Shown in pieces: positions 26,201-37,731 of a stretch of 64,000 nt of DNA. Each line of letters opens with the position of its first letter. Position 1 is the first letter of the stretch. Made by a program: the position numbers and the translations under genes. The notes beneath the pieces are model-generated. The model did no database searches and was not told where the DNA came from. It was given only the letters and a program-made list of their open reading frames with translations. The stretch spans positions 179,962,080-180,026,079 of the forward strand of contig NC_092376.1 in NCBI RefSeq assembly GCF_030028105.1, read 5' to 3'. The stretch is from Mobula birostris. Taxonomy: Eukaryota.

Positions 26201-27688
26201 TGGTAAGCAAGCTGATCACATGATGGTTAAGTGTTCTGTGGTGAAGTGGAAAAGGGAAAAAGGCTGACCAAATGCCATTTTGAATATAACAGGATCTGGT
26301 TCTGCAGGAATTTGATTTTGTAACAAAGCGTGTGAAAGGTAAAGGCAATATCATGGTAGACTGATTATCTCGATGCCAGGTTTAAAAAATGAAATAGAAA
26401 CTAGTATTTGTATACGCTACTGTAATGTGCTACAAGTTAATGACATATGTACAGCTTTTGTAATCTACAGTTAAAAATTTTCTCCTTGATCAAAATTCTG
26501 CTTTATGGGGGGAGGTGTTATATACCCCTAGGGTTCATTTTTTCTGTGGACTGTCACTTTAAAATGCCTAGAGAATGAAATTGACTTTTGGACATTGTTG
26601 AATTTCTACTGACTACAAAATTGCTCGGTAACTATGGTGAGTGAGGTGGAGTTATTTGATGGAAAAGGGATGCTTATGGTTTCTCGTGGCTTGTTTTGAA
26701 TAAGCAAGGTAAGATGATCCTCTTACAGACACACACAGGTCAGAGTCGAGATGGTTTCGATCAATGAAGGAAACCAGTGAGCTGAGTCACTGGTTTAAAC
26801 TTTCAGTCGCTCAACAGGGGTGAGTTCAGATCGATCCAGAGTATTGATAATTGACTCTCACAAGTGCTGCAACTAGAAGAAGTTTGCAGAGAGGAAGGGG
26901 AGAGGATGCTTTGAAACAAAAGAAACCTAGTGACAAAGAGGTCACTGTTTGGACTCTCTCCAAGTAGCCCGTAAGGGTGAGTTTGATTTCATTCGAACAC
27001 GAAAGTGTGATTGTCACATAGTTAATCCACAGGAGTGGGTTCTCTGGTGAGTGGAGGCCTTTGTGAATACCACGTCTGTGTGGTATTTCACTGAAGAAAG
27101 GCCTCCTGTGGGAAATCACTGTAGGAGTTACTTCGTATGTTGTGGAACTGGATAAGTGGCTATCACGTTCTGTCACCATGTGGAATCTACCAGTGTGTCT
27201 ACCCTTACCTGAGTGGTGCTTTCCTTGAAGATGGTCCCCTTTGTGATAAGCTACTGTTGGTGATACTTAGTGTGTGGAGTGGAACAACTTCGGAGATGAA
27301 CCCTACTGCTATTGTTATTTTGTATTGCTGTCGTAGAATCTGCGGAATATCGACGTAATTGCCTTCTCACAACATTCGCCTTTGGATTGCAAATATCTTG
27401 CATTAATTAACCTGAGGATTGAACTGGACTTTCGTACATACCATCGTAAGACTTTAACTCTTGCCACCTGATCTTCAATAAGTTTGTAACTTTATCTATA
27501 TACCTATAAATGCATAACAGTGCTAACTTTTGATCATCTGATTAAGTTACTATATTTAGTAGTTCCTAATAAAGATAGTGGATTTTAACATCAAAAACAG
27601 ACTCCAGGTGTGTTCTATTGCTGCTGATACTTTTACAGTGTTGCTTGCATGAAACTAGGACTTTCCCCAGGGTTGCGTGTACGAAACA
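23238..27688 (+). mobile_element. Non-autonomous Gmr1-like (Ty3/gypsy) LTR retrotransposon
   Basis: LTRs 23238-24430 and 26516-27688 (TG..CA at the 3' LTR); PBS TGGCGGCTCGTCTGGAAT 24436-24453 (15/18 match to the tRNA-Pro PBS); PPT GGGGGGAGG 26507-26515; flanks CAGC/CAGA; broken gag with SCAN-like YELVPEAYR.KFR..LIEEFK; RNase H end LQEFDF..VKGK.N..D*LSR at ~26300-26375. Confidence 0.92.
25870..26000 (+). mobile_element. CR1 3' tail inserted in the internal region of the LTR element
   Basis: GGGCCAAAGGGCCTGTACTGTGCTG followed by a (TTCTATG)n tail. Confidence 0.7.
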
Positions 27689-27853
27689 CAGATTCTTCTC
27701 ACTTCTTCTTTGATACATTAATCCAAACATGGATTCTGAAAACTCGGATGGGCAGAAGAGTAAACGGAACAAGACATATATATCCACAGGATGAAAATAA
27801 TTTTAATTGTGCAACAACAAATAGCACGTTCTCGGCCACTTTAAGCCCTGCTA

Positions 27854-27996
27854 GCTTTAAGAAACGTCATAAATCCTGATTGGTGGAATATCAATACACT
27901 TCTACACCAATTGGGAGCTGAGATGTGTTTAGTGATCCGGACAGCCCTCTTTACGGCACGGCAACCATCACGTTAGATCAGACACAATGAAAACTG
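27854..27996 (+). promoter_or_regulatory. Conserved promoter module of exon 3
   Basis: GCTTTAAGAA 27854, ATTGG 27879, CCAAT 27907, GTGATCCGGACAGCCC 27932. Confidence 0.85.
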
Positions 27997-28200
27997 GGTA
28001 GCCTGCAGCTCGGTGGGATTGTTGCACGAATCATTTCGCATCTGTAAGGAAATGTGAGTATTTGATTGAAATAATTCGGGCGATTGGCAAGAGGTACAAA
28101 TATGCCTTGTGCCGTTTGTCCTATTTAACATTGAATCACTTCTAAAAGGACAATAGAATACTGTCTGGGCTTAAAACCATTGGAATGACTTCTACTGGAA

Positions 28201-30660
28201 ATGAGATACAAAATATATTTGTTGCTAAAATGCCAATTGCTGCTTTGCGTGTTCTGGCTGTCGAATATTGTGTCTGGTCAAATTCAATATTCTGTTCCTG
28301 AAGAACTCCAACCGGGAGCCTTTGTTGGGAAAATCGCAGCCGATTTAGGTTTAGATGTGAAGCAGCTGTGGTCTCGCAGATTGCGGATAGCGCCCAGTCC
28401 ACGGAAGCAGTATTTCGACGTAAATGTACAGAATGGAACTTTATTTGTGAAAGAAATTATCGACAGGGAACTGCTTTGTGGGTCTAATCTCGATTGCCGC
28501 TTATCGTTGGAAATTGAGCTTGAAAATCCCCTGAGCCTCTACCAGGTGGAAGTGGAGGTTCTCGATGAAAATGATAATGCCCCCAGTTTTCCGAAAAGCC
28601 AGCTTCATCTTGAAATTATAGAGCTTGCAGGACCCGGAATGCGATTTCCTCTTGAACCAGCGCACGATCCGGACATTGGCACAAACTCCTTACAAACCTA
28701 CCGTTTACAATCAAATGACTATTTTAGTCTGGACGTACAAATGCGACGTGGAAAGAGCAAGTGGCCAGTATTGTTGTTACAGAAACCTTTGGACAGAGAA
28801 ATAATGGCAACGCATAGTATAACGTTAACGGCAGAAGACGGCGGATTCCCTCCGAGATCGGGCACAGTGCAAATTATAGTAACAGTGAAGGATGTTAATG
28901 ACAACGCGCCTGTTTTCTCCCAGTCGGTTTACAGAGTCAGATTATTGGAATCTGCACCAAAAGGGACCCTGATTACTACATTGAACGCAACTGATTTAGA
29001 CGATGGCCTCAATGGAGAGATAGTGTATTCTTTTCGTAGCCATATCTCTTCGACTGCTCGTAAACTTTTTGATCTGAATTCCAAAACTGGTGAAGTCAGG
29101 CTGAAGGGGAACCTGGACTACGAAGAAAGCAATGTTTTTGAGATAAAAATACAAGCGACAGATAAGGGTTCTAACGCTGTTCCCGAGTACTGTGATGTAT
29201 TTGTTGAAGTGATTGATGTGAATGATAACGCGCCGCAGGTGATATTGCGGTCTTCCTCTGCGACTGTTTCGGAAGTTGCTCCGCTTGGCAGTGTAGTGGC
29301 TCTGTTCACTGCAGAGGACAGAGACTCTGGAAAAAATGGTCAGGTGCGTTGTCAAATTTCAAATCGACTACCCTTTAAGCTGGACTCATCTTTAAAGAAC
29401 TACTACAGAATCCTTGTACAGCACCCGCTCGACCGCGAAAGCAATCCCAGGTATGATATTACTATTACATGCACGGATGCGGGGGACCTTCCCCTCATTT
29501 CCAAGAAAACCATCGGAGTAAAGGTTTCAGACGTAAATGATAACGCACCAAGGTTTTCTCGCCCAGTATTCACAGCAAATGTTATGGAAAACAACGTTAT
29601 CGGGTCCTCTATATTTTCACTGACGGCCTTCGATACGGACGCTGGAGAGAACGCCCGACTGAACTTTTCTATCTTGGACTCTCAAGTTCACAATTTCTCA
29701 ACAACCTCCTATGTCTCAATTAATTCAGAAAGTGGTGTTATCTATGCTCAGAGATCTTTTGACTATGAACAATTGAAAAACTTCCAGATTCAAGTTGAAG
29801 TGCGGGATTCTGGTACGCCACCTCACACGACCAATGCGTCAGTGAACGTTGTTATCCTGGATCAGAATGATAATGCGCCAGTGATTGTGCATCCTTTACC
29901 CGAATACGGGTCGTCAGCAATAGAAACAATATCCAGGTTCAGTGAACCGGGGTCCTTGGTTGTCAAGGTATCAGCCACCGATGTAGACTCGGGTCAGAAT
30001 GCTCGACTCTCTTATGAGATTTTTCAAGCCACGCATCATAATCTTTTTACCATTTCGGCAGAGACTGGCGAAATTTGGACTATCCGTCCAATTGTGAACA
30101 GGGATGCCCCTAATCAAAGACTAGTGGTTGTGGTAAAAGACAATGGAATGCCACCACTTTCTGCCACTGTGACAATTGTATTATCTGTGATTGGGACTGA
30201 TACTGAAACGGTCTCTAGGGTCAGCAGTTCTTCGGTGGATCCCAGAGTCCCTCCTGAACTGAGCCTTTCCTTGGTTATAGCCTTGGGAATAATATCTAGC
30301 ATTTTGCTCATAATGTTAATCATCCTCGCCATTAAAGTTCACAAAAACAGGAATGGTGCGGTATGCCAGCATCACTACCTGAGCTCCATTTGTTGCTTCG
30401 AAACAAGAAATAGTTTCAATGGAATTAAAAAGGCCAGCAAAAGCATTCAGATACCACCAAACTATGTTGAAGTGTTTGGGGGCGATCCTCTCTCCCAAAG
30501 ATTCCGTTACGAGTCATGTTCGACATTGCAGTCTACCAAAAGGGATTTCACACTCTCCAGCAGGAACAGGTCATGTGCAGACCAGAACTTTGTTCTGAAC
30601 GAATCTGTCGGTAAAGGAAATATTGCAATGGTGGATTCTGAAAAATACAGCATTCCTGAG
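28201..30660 (+). CDS. Clustered protocadherin variable exon 3 (820 codons; ORF stop 30684)
   Basis: Same architecture; donor GAG|GTGAGG at 30660/30661; same length as exon 2 and colinear with it. Confidence 0.96.
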
Positions 30661-31759
30661 GTGAGGCAATTTGAACCAGACTGAAAAACCTGATAGGTTT
30701 GGCTTGAAAATACAAAGTAGTTTAGATGGGTACCGGTATATTAGGATAAATAGTATGAACGATGTAGCTTAACGGGAAATACTCTTTGATAAATCTTTCT
30801 AGATTACTTTTCTGTCTAGTGTGATGTTTTCAATGATGATTATTATATATTATTCCAATATATTACTAAATAACTTTAAATTATTTTCTAGAAGACCTGG
30901 TTTTTAGAAGTTTGTGTAATTCTTCTTCATAACATTCTTTCCTCCAAATCAATTGGTAACACACTAGTATTTAAGCCTGGAACAGTTTTTCCAGTCGAGT
31001 GGACAATTTCTTTATAATTCTTCCAATCTGATACATTGTGCTCTGAGCTCATTTTTTGGTCTCCTCTACCATGGGGTATATAAACGTAGAATGAGTGCAC
31101 AGTTCTTCATTTCGGCCCTTTCCAGTGTCACGAGCTTCCAGGCGTTCTTCACTTTTATTCTGCATTCCACTACACTGAGCTCTGAACGAAGTTTTGCGTA
31201 TTGTCGAAGAATACCATCTAATCTTCCATCCAGGCATATTATAATCTTTGAATTCGGTATGTAGTTCAACAATTAGCTTGCAAACCTCCCTAATGTAGGA
31301 TGGTTAACTGAGCACTTCCACCAGACACTTTTGTTTTAGATTTCCAACAGCTGGCTTAATCTGTACTTTACTGTGATAACTTTATTTTTAATCTCCTCTA
31401 TATTCCTTATCCCTCAGTGTTTATTTCCACACATCCATACGTCCCTTAGGCGGCAGTAAAAGCAATTATGTGACCAACACAGCAAATACTTTGTCCTACA
31501 ACAGAGATGTGTTTGCTCTCATGTCACCAGCCAAAAAACCTATGCTCAGTGCACTAACTAACATGATTGTTTTTGCCAGTTTGCACTGCAGACCAATGGA
31601 AATTGAGCCATGATATATAGCACTGGTCCTAGCTCCACACATGATGTTTTTCATGACGAGTTTCCCAAGATGTCCTGGTCTTGCTTTTAGATACGTTTAC
31701 GGGTTTAGCACGCATTCTAGGCATCAAAAAATGTATGTTAATGAGTCTATGGACAGCTG

Positions 31760-32260
31760 ACAGAGCTATAATGCTGGTGGAGCATAGCAGACAGGCAGTA
31801 TCTATGAAAATGATTAAGGAAAAGGTGACGATGAGGCCACACTCACTGTGGGGGTGCAGCATCATATTCCTTCTAGGTAACCTCCGACCTGACGGCAGGA
31901 ACATCAATTTCTCCTTCCGGTATGTTTTTCCTCCTCCCTTACCTATTCAATTCCACATTCTGACCTCTTACCTCTTCACGTCACCTGCTCACCACCTCCC
32001 CTTCTTTCCTTCCTCCATAGTCCACTCTCCTCTCCTGTCAGATTTCTTCTTCTCCAGCCCTTTACCTTTCCCACACAACTGGCTTCACACATCATCTTCT
32101 GGCTAGTCATCCTTCTCCTCCTCCACATTTTTATTCTGGTTTCTTCCCCTTCATTTCCAATCCTGAGGAAGGGTCGTGGCCCGAAACGGCGACTGTTCAT
32201 TCATTTCCAAAGACGCTACCTGATATACTGAATTCCTCCAGCATTTTGTGTGTGCTACTC
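31760..32260 (+). mobile_element. Penelope-like 3' fragment with a hammerhead motif (32159-32195)
   Basis: End of the GIY-YIG region (..LG.L.PDGRNINFS), pyrimidine tract, CUGAGGA-AGGGUCGUGGCCC-GAAAC-GGC-GACUG, short inverted arm near 31765-31810. Confidence 0.75.
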
Positions 32261-32390
32261 TAGATGGACAGTTAAAGATAGATAATAGTAGAAAGACAGA
32301 GATAGACATAGATAGGTACTGATATAAATACAGATACATGGTTAGATATAAGAGACAGATGAGATAGGTGCATAGATATACAGACTGATT
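32260..32390. repeat. Degenerate (GATA)n-type microsatellite
   Basis: Run of AGAT/AGAC units; a shorter counterpart lies near 18260 and 18780. Confidence 0.6.
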
Positions 32391-33282
32391 GTCTGATGTA
32401 AACACGTCCAGTCTTCTAGTGACACGTTAATGTATATTTTTGCTACTTACATTTGTCTGGAACGCGTTATAAACCTGTAACTGTATCTAAAAAGAAGCGA
32501 CAGATAGATGCGCAGATGGATAGATGCCGACTTATGGAGAAGATGGTTCTTGGTGCATCATTTCATCTCTGAGATAGGCGGTTGCGCTGCTTGGAGAAAA
32601 ATGAAAGGTAACATCCATGGTGAATATAATTAGCAGTAATTTTAAATTCAACCAAAGGGGCAAATAATTTGGCCAGTATCACAATGATGTTTGGGGAATC
32701 GTTGGCACGCAAATTGACAACGATGTTTACGGAATCACATTAAAAATACAGGAGTTAGCTCTTGTTGGAAAAGTGCTCTTGAGATGTCCTATAGGACCTA
32801 TAGGATTGTCAAGACTAAAAGACCTGAAGTAGTCTTGCATAGAGGTAATGTGGTCTGTACTCTTAACTGTTATACGTTCATTCGAAAGTTCTGCGCATGT
32901 TTTTAAAGGTACATGCAGTACCGCTGCCGTCAACATAATTCACTTTCTTTCTAATAATGTAACGGAGTCGGATACCGCAACCCAACGAATAATTATACGT
33001 AAATTACTGCAGTTTTAGATCATTCCATTTCGAAATGCTTGAGTTTTCATCCAGTGTTTGGAAATGAGTGCCATTATGTTGATAATTTTGGGATTTAACG
33101 ATCAATGTAAAGTAACTTTGCATTTTGATTATGGGTGCCATAGTCAGAGTGTTGTGCATTGCTCATTGTGCTTGAAGGAGATCACAAACAGCCTCGTGAA
33201 CCAGTGAGGCCCGCGTTCTTACAGAATTTTTATGCGTAAAAAATTCCAAGATTTCTATCTGGTAACAGTGAAAAAATGGCGA

Positions 33283-34811
33283 CAGAATGCCTTGAAGAGT
33301 ATTCAACCCCAGCCCTTTGTTCACAAAATTCTTATCAATTTAACTGAGAATTTTTATTTGTGAATTGTATGCTCTTTTATCCCAGTAGAGCCCCAAAACA
33401 GGGAAAATTGCAAAGCACGAAAAAATAACAATTCAAAATCAAATGTCAGCAGTACAATAGTATTCATCTCTCTTTGCACAGCGCGTAATTAAACCACCAC
33501 TCGCAGCTATTACCGTCAATACTCTTCTTGAATATGTCTCCTTCAGCTTCGCACAACGTGATGGGGTGAGATTTTGCAAATTGCTCAAGCTGTGACAGGT
33601 GAGTTGGATAGTGGCGAAGGACAGTAATCTTGAGGTCTTGCCAAAGGTGTCCGATCGGTTTAAGGTCAGGTCGCTGACTGGGTCGTTCAAAGACACCAAT
33701 TTCCTTCATTTGCAGCCACTCCATGGTTGATATACTTGTGTCCTTTGGGTCGTTATCCTACTGAAAGACTAACTTCCCCCCACTAGTTAAAGTTTTCTGT
33801 CAGAGGCTGGTAGATTTTTATCCAGGATACCTCTGTATTTAGCAGCATTCATTTTCCCATGAATCCTGACCAGATTTCTAATCCCAGCTGCTGAAGAACA
33901 TTTCCATAACATAATGCTTTCTCGACCATACTTTACAGTATGGATAGTGCTACCTGGATAATTCACAATATTAGATTTATGCCACACGTATTGACGAGGC
34001 CAAATATTTCCACTTTATTCTCATCCGACCGCAGGACCTTCTTCCACATCTTTCCAGTATATGCTAAGTATTTTTCAAAGTCTTTACGAGCAAGGATACG
34101 CATTTTTAGCCAAAGAGTCTTCCTTGCCAGTTCCATAAATCTTTATGCAAGGTTATAGAGATTGTGGAACTATGACCTTCATCTCCATTTGCATCCACTG
34201 ATTTCTGCAGATCACTCAATCAGCGTTACTGTGGCCTCTCTTACAAGTGCCATTCTTCTCCAACAACTAAGTTTGGAGATGGACCTGACCTAGGCAGTTT
34301 GGCTGAGGTTTCATATTTTTTCCCACTTTTTCCACGATGAACCTCATTGAGCTCCAAGGTATGTTCAGAGCCTATGAGATAGTCTTATGTTCTTTCCCAT
34401 ATTTGTGCTTCCCTATTATCATTTCACTGACTGGCCTCGAATGCTCTTTTGTCTTCAGTTTTGGTTTGGTCTATTGAAAATCTGTCATACCTTTTACAGA
34501 GAGGGGGTATTTCCTCCAATTTTCTACATCTTCAAATTGGGTGAGTTGTTAAGATAATATACCGGATTTCACCTGAGGAAAATTAGCTTAGTAATTACAA
34601 AGCGGTTGATATTTTTATCAGCCTTAAATGTTTTGGTTTTAATTGTTAGTAAATTGTTGACATGGTTTGGAATTTTGCTTTTGATTTGACATGATGCATA
34701 ATGATCGTTTTTAGATGAGCTAAATCGCAACAAGATATTTTAAATTTAGAAAATTGGACAGCAAATTGTGAAAATAGTTGTGGAGCCTGAATACTTTTTC
34801 AAGGCATTCTA
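33283..34811 (-). mobile_element. Near full-length, decayed Tc1 transposon
   Basis: TIRs CAGAATGCCTTGAAGAGTATTCA (33283) and TGAATACTTTTTCAAGGCATTCT (34788-34810) followed by TA; minus-strand TVKYGRESIMLW and PSQRPDLKPIGHLW motifs. Confidence 0.85.
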
Positions 34812-35089
34812 TATGATCATTAGGCAAAATTTAACGTACATCAGTAGTAAAACAAGGGTATGTGAAACAATCCAAGTCAATATTGAGTTGCAAGTCAGTG
34901 GAGTAGCATACTACAAAATAATCTTGCATCCATTTCTGGAGTAAGGCCTATAGGTGACGTCTTATCAGATCTTGAAATAGATTTAGTGGTAGATATGATG
35001 GCATTGCAGTTTACATTCTTGACATGGCGATTACATTAGCTTTACTTTTAGTGAAAATTATGCAGAATATTTGCCATTTACCCATTAAG

Positions 35090-36148
35090 TACCTCTGCTA
35101 TGACCTCCGGCTCCATACACACGTTTCCACTGTCACACTTGAATGGTCCTATTTTCTCACGTCTCATCCCCTTACTCTTTACATACTTATAGAATGCCTT
35201 GGGGTTTTCCTTAATCCTGTCCGCCAAGGCCTTCTCATGGCCACTTCTGGCTCATCTAATTTCTTTTTTGAGGTCCTTCCAGCTAGCCTCATAATCTTCT
35301 AGATCTCTATCATTACCTAGTTTTTTGAACTTTTCGTAAGCTCTTCTTTTCTTCTTGTCTAGATTTACAACAGCTTTTGTACAGGACGGTTCCTGTACCT
35401 TACTATCCTTTCCCTGTATCAGTAGAATGTAACTATGCAGAATTCCACGCAAATATGCCTTGAAAATTTGCCACATTTCTTCCGTACATTTCCCTGAGAA
35501 CATCTGTTCCCAACTTATGCTTCCAAGTTCTTGCCTGAGAGCTTCATATTTCCCGTTACTCCAATTAAACGCTTTGCTAACTTATCTGTTTCTATCCTTC
35601 TCCAATGCTGTGGTAAATGAGATAGAATTGTGATCACTATCTCCAAAGTGCTCTCCCACCTAGAGATCTGACACCTCACCAGGTTCATTTCCCAATACCA
35701 GATCAAGTACAACCTCTCCTCTTGAAGGCGTATCTGCATATTATGTCAAGAAACCTTCTTGAACGCACCTAACAAACCCCACCCCATCTAAACCTCTCGC
35801 TCTAGGGACATGCCAATCGATATTATGGAAATTAAAATTTCCCACCACAACAACCCTGTTAGTATTATACCATTCCAGTATCTGTCTACCTATCTGCTCT
35901 TCGATGTCCCTGTTACTATTGGGTGGTCCATAAAAAACACGAGGTAGAGTTATTGACCCCTTCCTATTCCTAGCTTCCACCCACAGAAACTCCATAGACA
36001 ACCCTTCCAAGTCTTCCTCCTTTTCTGCAGCCGTGACAATATCTCTGATCAACAGTGCCACGCCCCCACCTATTTTGCCTCCCTCACTGTCCTTCCTGAA
36101 ACACCTAAAGCCTGGTTTGCCTCCCTCCCTGTCCTTTCTGAAACATCT
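35090..36148 (-). mobile_element. CR1 ORF2 endonuclease-region fragment
   Basis: GGGVALLIR, FYGPPNS, VVGNFNF and SDHN motifs on the minus strand. Confidence 0.85.
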
Positions 36149-36804
36149 AATATACTTGATTAATTGAAACAGAAACGAGTGTAGAAGTAATCAAATTGGG
36201 CGAAAATCAACTAGACTAAAAGGTGAGGCTGAGGCACATGTGACAGGTTAACGTTTAAATCATCAATTCTTATCCCATAGCTATTCAATACACAAGGTGG
36301 GCATCGTGCATCAGCAACGTTTCTCCCAAACACAAATTTCACGGCCGACAAGCGTTTCAAGGTGTGCTGTCAAAACTCTTCTTAAAGAGTACAAAGAAAC
36401 GAAAAAGGCTGTGGACCAGAAACGTATTTGTCTGCCACAGAAGCTGAACGCAGCAGGTGAATGATATATTAAACTGACGTCCATTCTAAATTGAAAGAAG
36501 TTCAAAACTTGAAAGTCTGAGTGGGAGTGCTGAGAAAGACATTTTTGAAATTTTCGTTATTTTTTTTCTCCAACGGCGTTCTGAGAGGCGGGACTGCGCA
36601 GGCGTGTGACGTCGGGCTGTGCAGCGCGGCAGATTTAAAAGGAACAGAGCCTCATAGAGCGGGCAGCGTAGTTTGCGGGCTGCGGAGTGAGCCGGGAGCA
36701 GAGTGAAGACTTAAGGGCTTCGGCTCAACGGGCTTAGGCGGAAACAGGCGAGGCGAGGGAGGTTTGGCATTCATTTTCTGTTGTTATTTGAGGAGAGGGG
36801 CAGT

Positions 36805-37726
36805 ATGAGTGTGAGGGCAGTTTGCTGTTCTCGGTGTCGGATGTGGGAGGCCCTGGAGTCTACAAGCCTCCCGGACGTCTACATCTGCGCCAGGTACATC
36901 GAGATGCAGCTCCTTAGGGACCGCGTTACGGAACTGGAGCTGCAGCTCGATGACCTTCGTCTAGTCAGGGAGAGTGAGGAGGTGATAGAGAGGAGTTGCA
37001 GGCAGGTGGTCACGCCGGGGCCACGGGAGGCAGACAAGTGGGTCACGGTTAGGAGGGGGAAGGGGAAAGGTCAGGTAATAGGGAGTGCCCCTTAACAACA
37101 GGTACTCCTGTTTGAGTACTGTTGGGGGTGACAGCTTACCCGGGAGAAGCGACAGTTGCCGTGCCTCCGGCACAGAGTCCGGCCCTGTAGCTCAGAAGGG
37201 TAGGGCAAGGAAGAGGAGGGCAGTTGTGATAGGGGACTCGATAGTAAGGGGGTTAGATAGGCGATTCTGTGGACGCAGTCCAGAGACTCGGATGGTAGTT
37301 TGCCTCCCTGGTGCCAGGGTCCGGGATATTTCTGATCGTGTCCAAGATATCCTGAAGTGGGAGGGTGAGGAGCCAGAGGTCGTGGTACATATAGGTACCA
37401 ATGACATAGGTAGGAAAAGGGATGAGGTCCTGAAAGGAGAATATAGGGAGTTAGGAAGGGAGTTGAGAAAAAAGACCGCAAAGGTAGTAATCTCGGGATT
37501 ACTGCCTGTGCCACGCGACAGTGAGAGTAGGAATGCGATGAGGTGGAGGATAAATGCGTGGCTGAGGGATTGGAGCAGGGGGCAGGGATTCAAGTTTTTG
37601 GATCATTGGGACCTCTTTTGGCGCAGGCGTGACCTGTACAAAAAGGACGGGTTGCACTTGAATCCTAGGGGGACCAATATCCTGGCAGGGAGATTAGCGG
37701 GGGCTGCGGAGGTGACTTTAAACTAG
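36805..37726 (+). pseudogene. CR1 ORF1 (zinc finger/coiled coil plus SGNH/GDSL esterase), frameshifted
   Basis: C..C zinc motif and heptad LELQLDDL; GDSIVR, LPGA, HIGTND and DGLH blocks. Confidence 0.88.
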
Positions 37727-37731
37727 AATGG

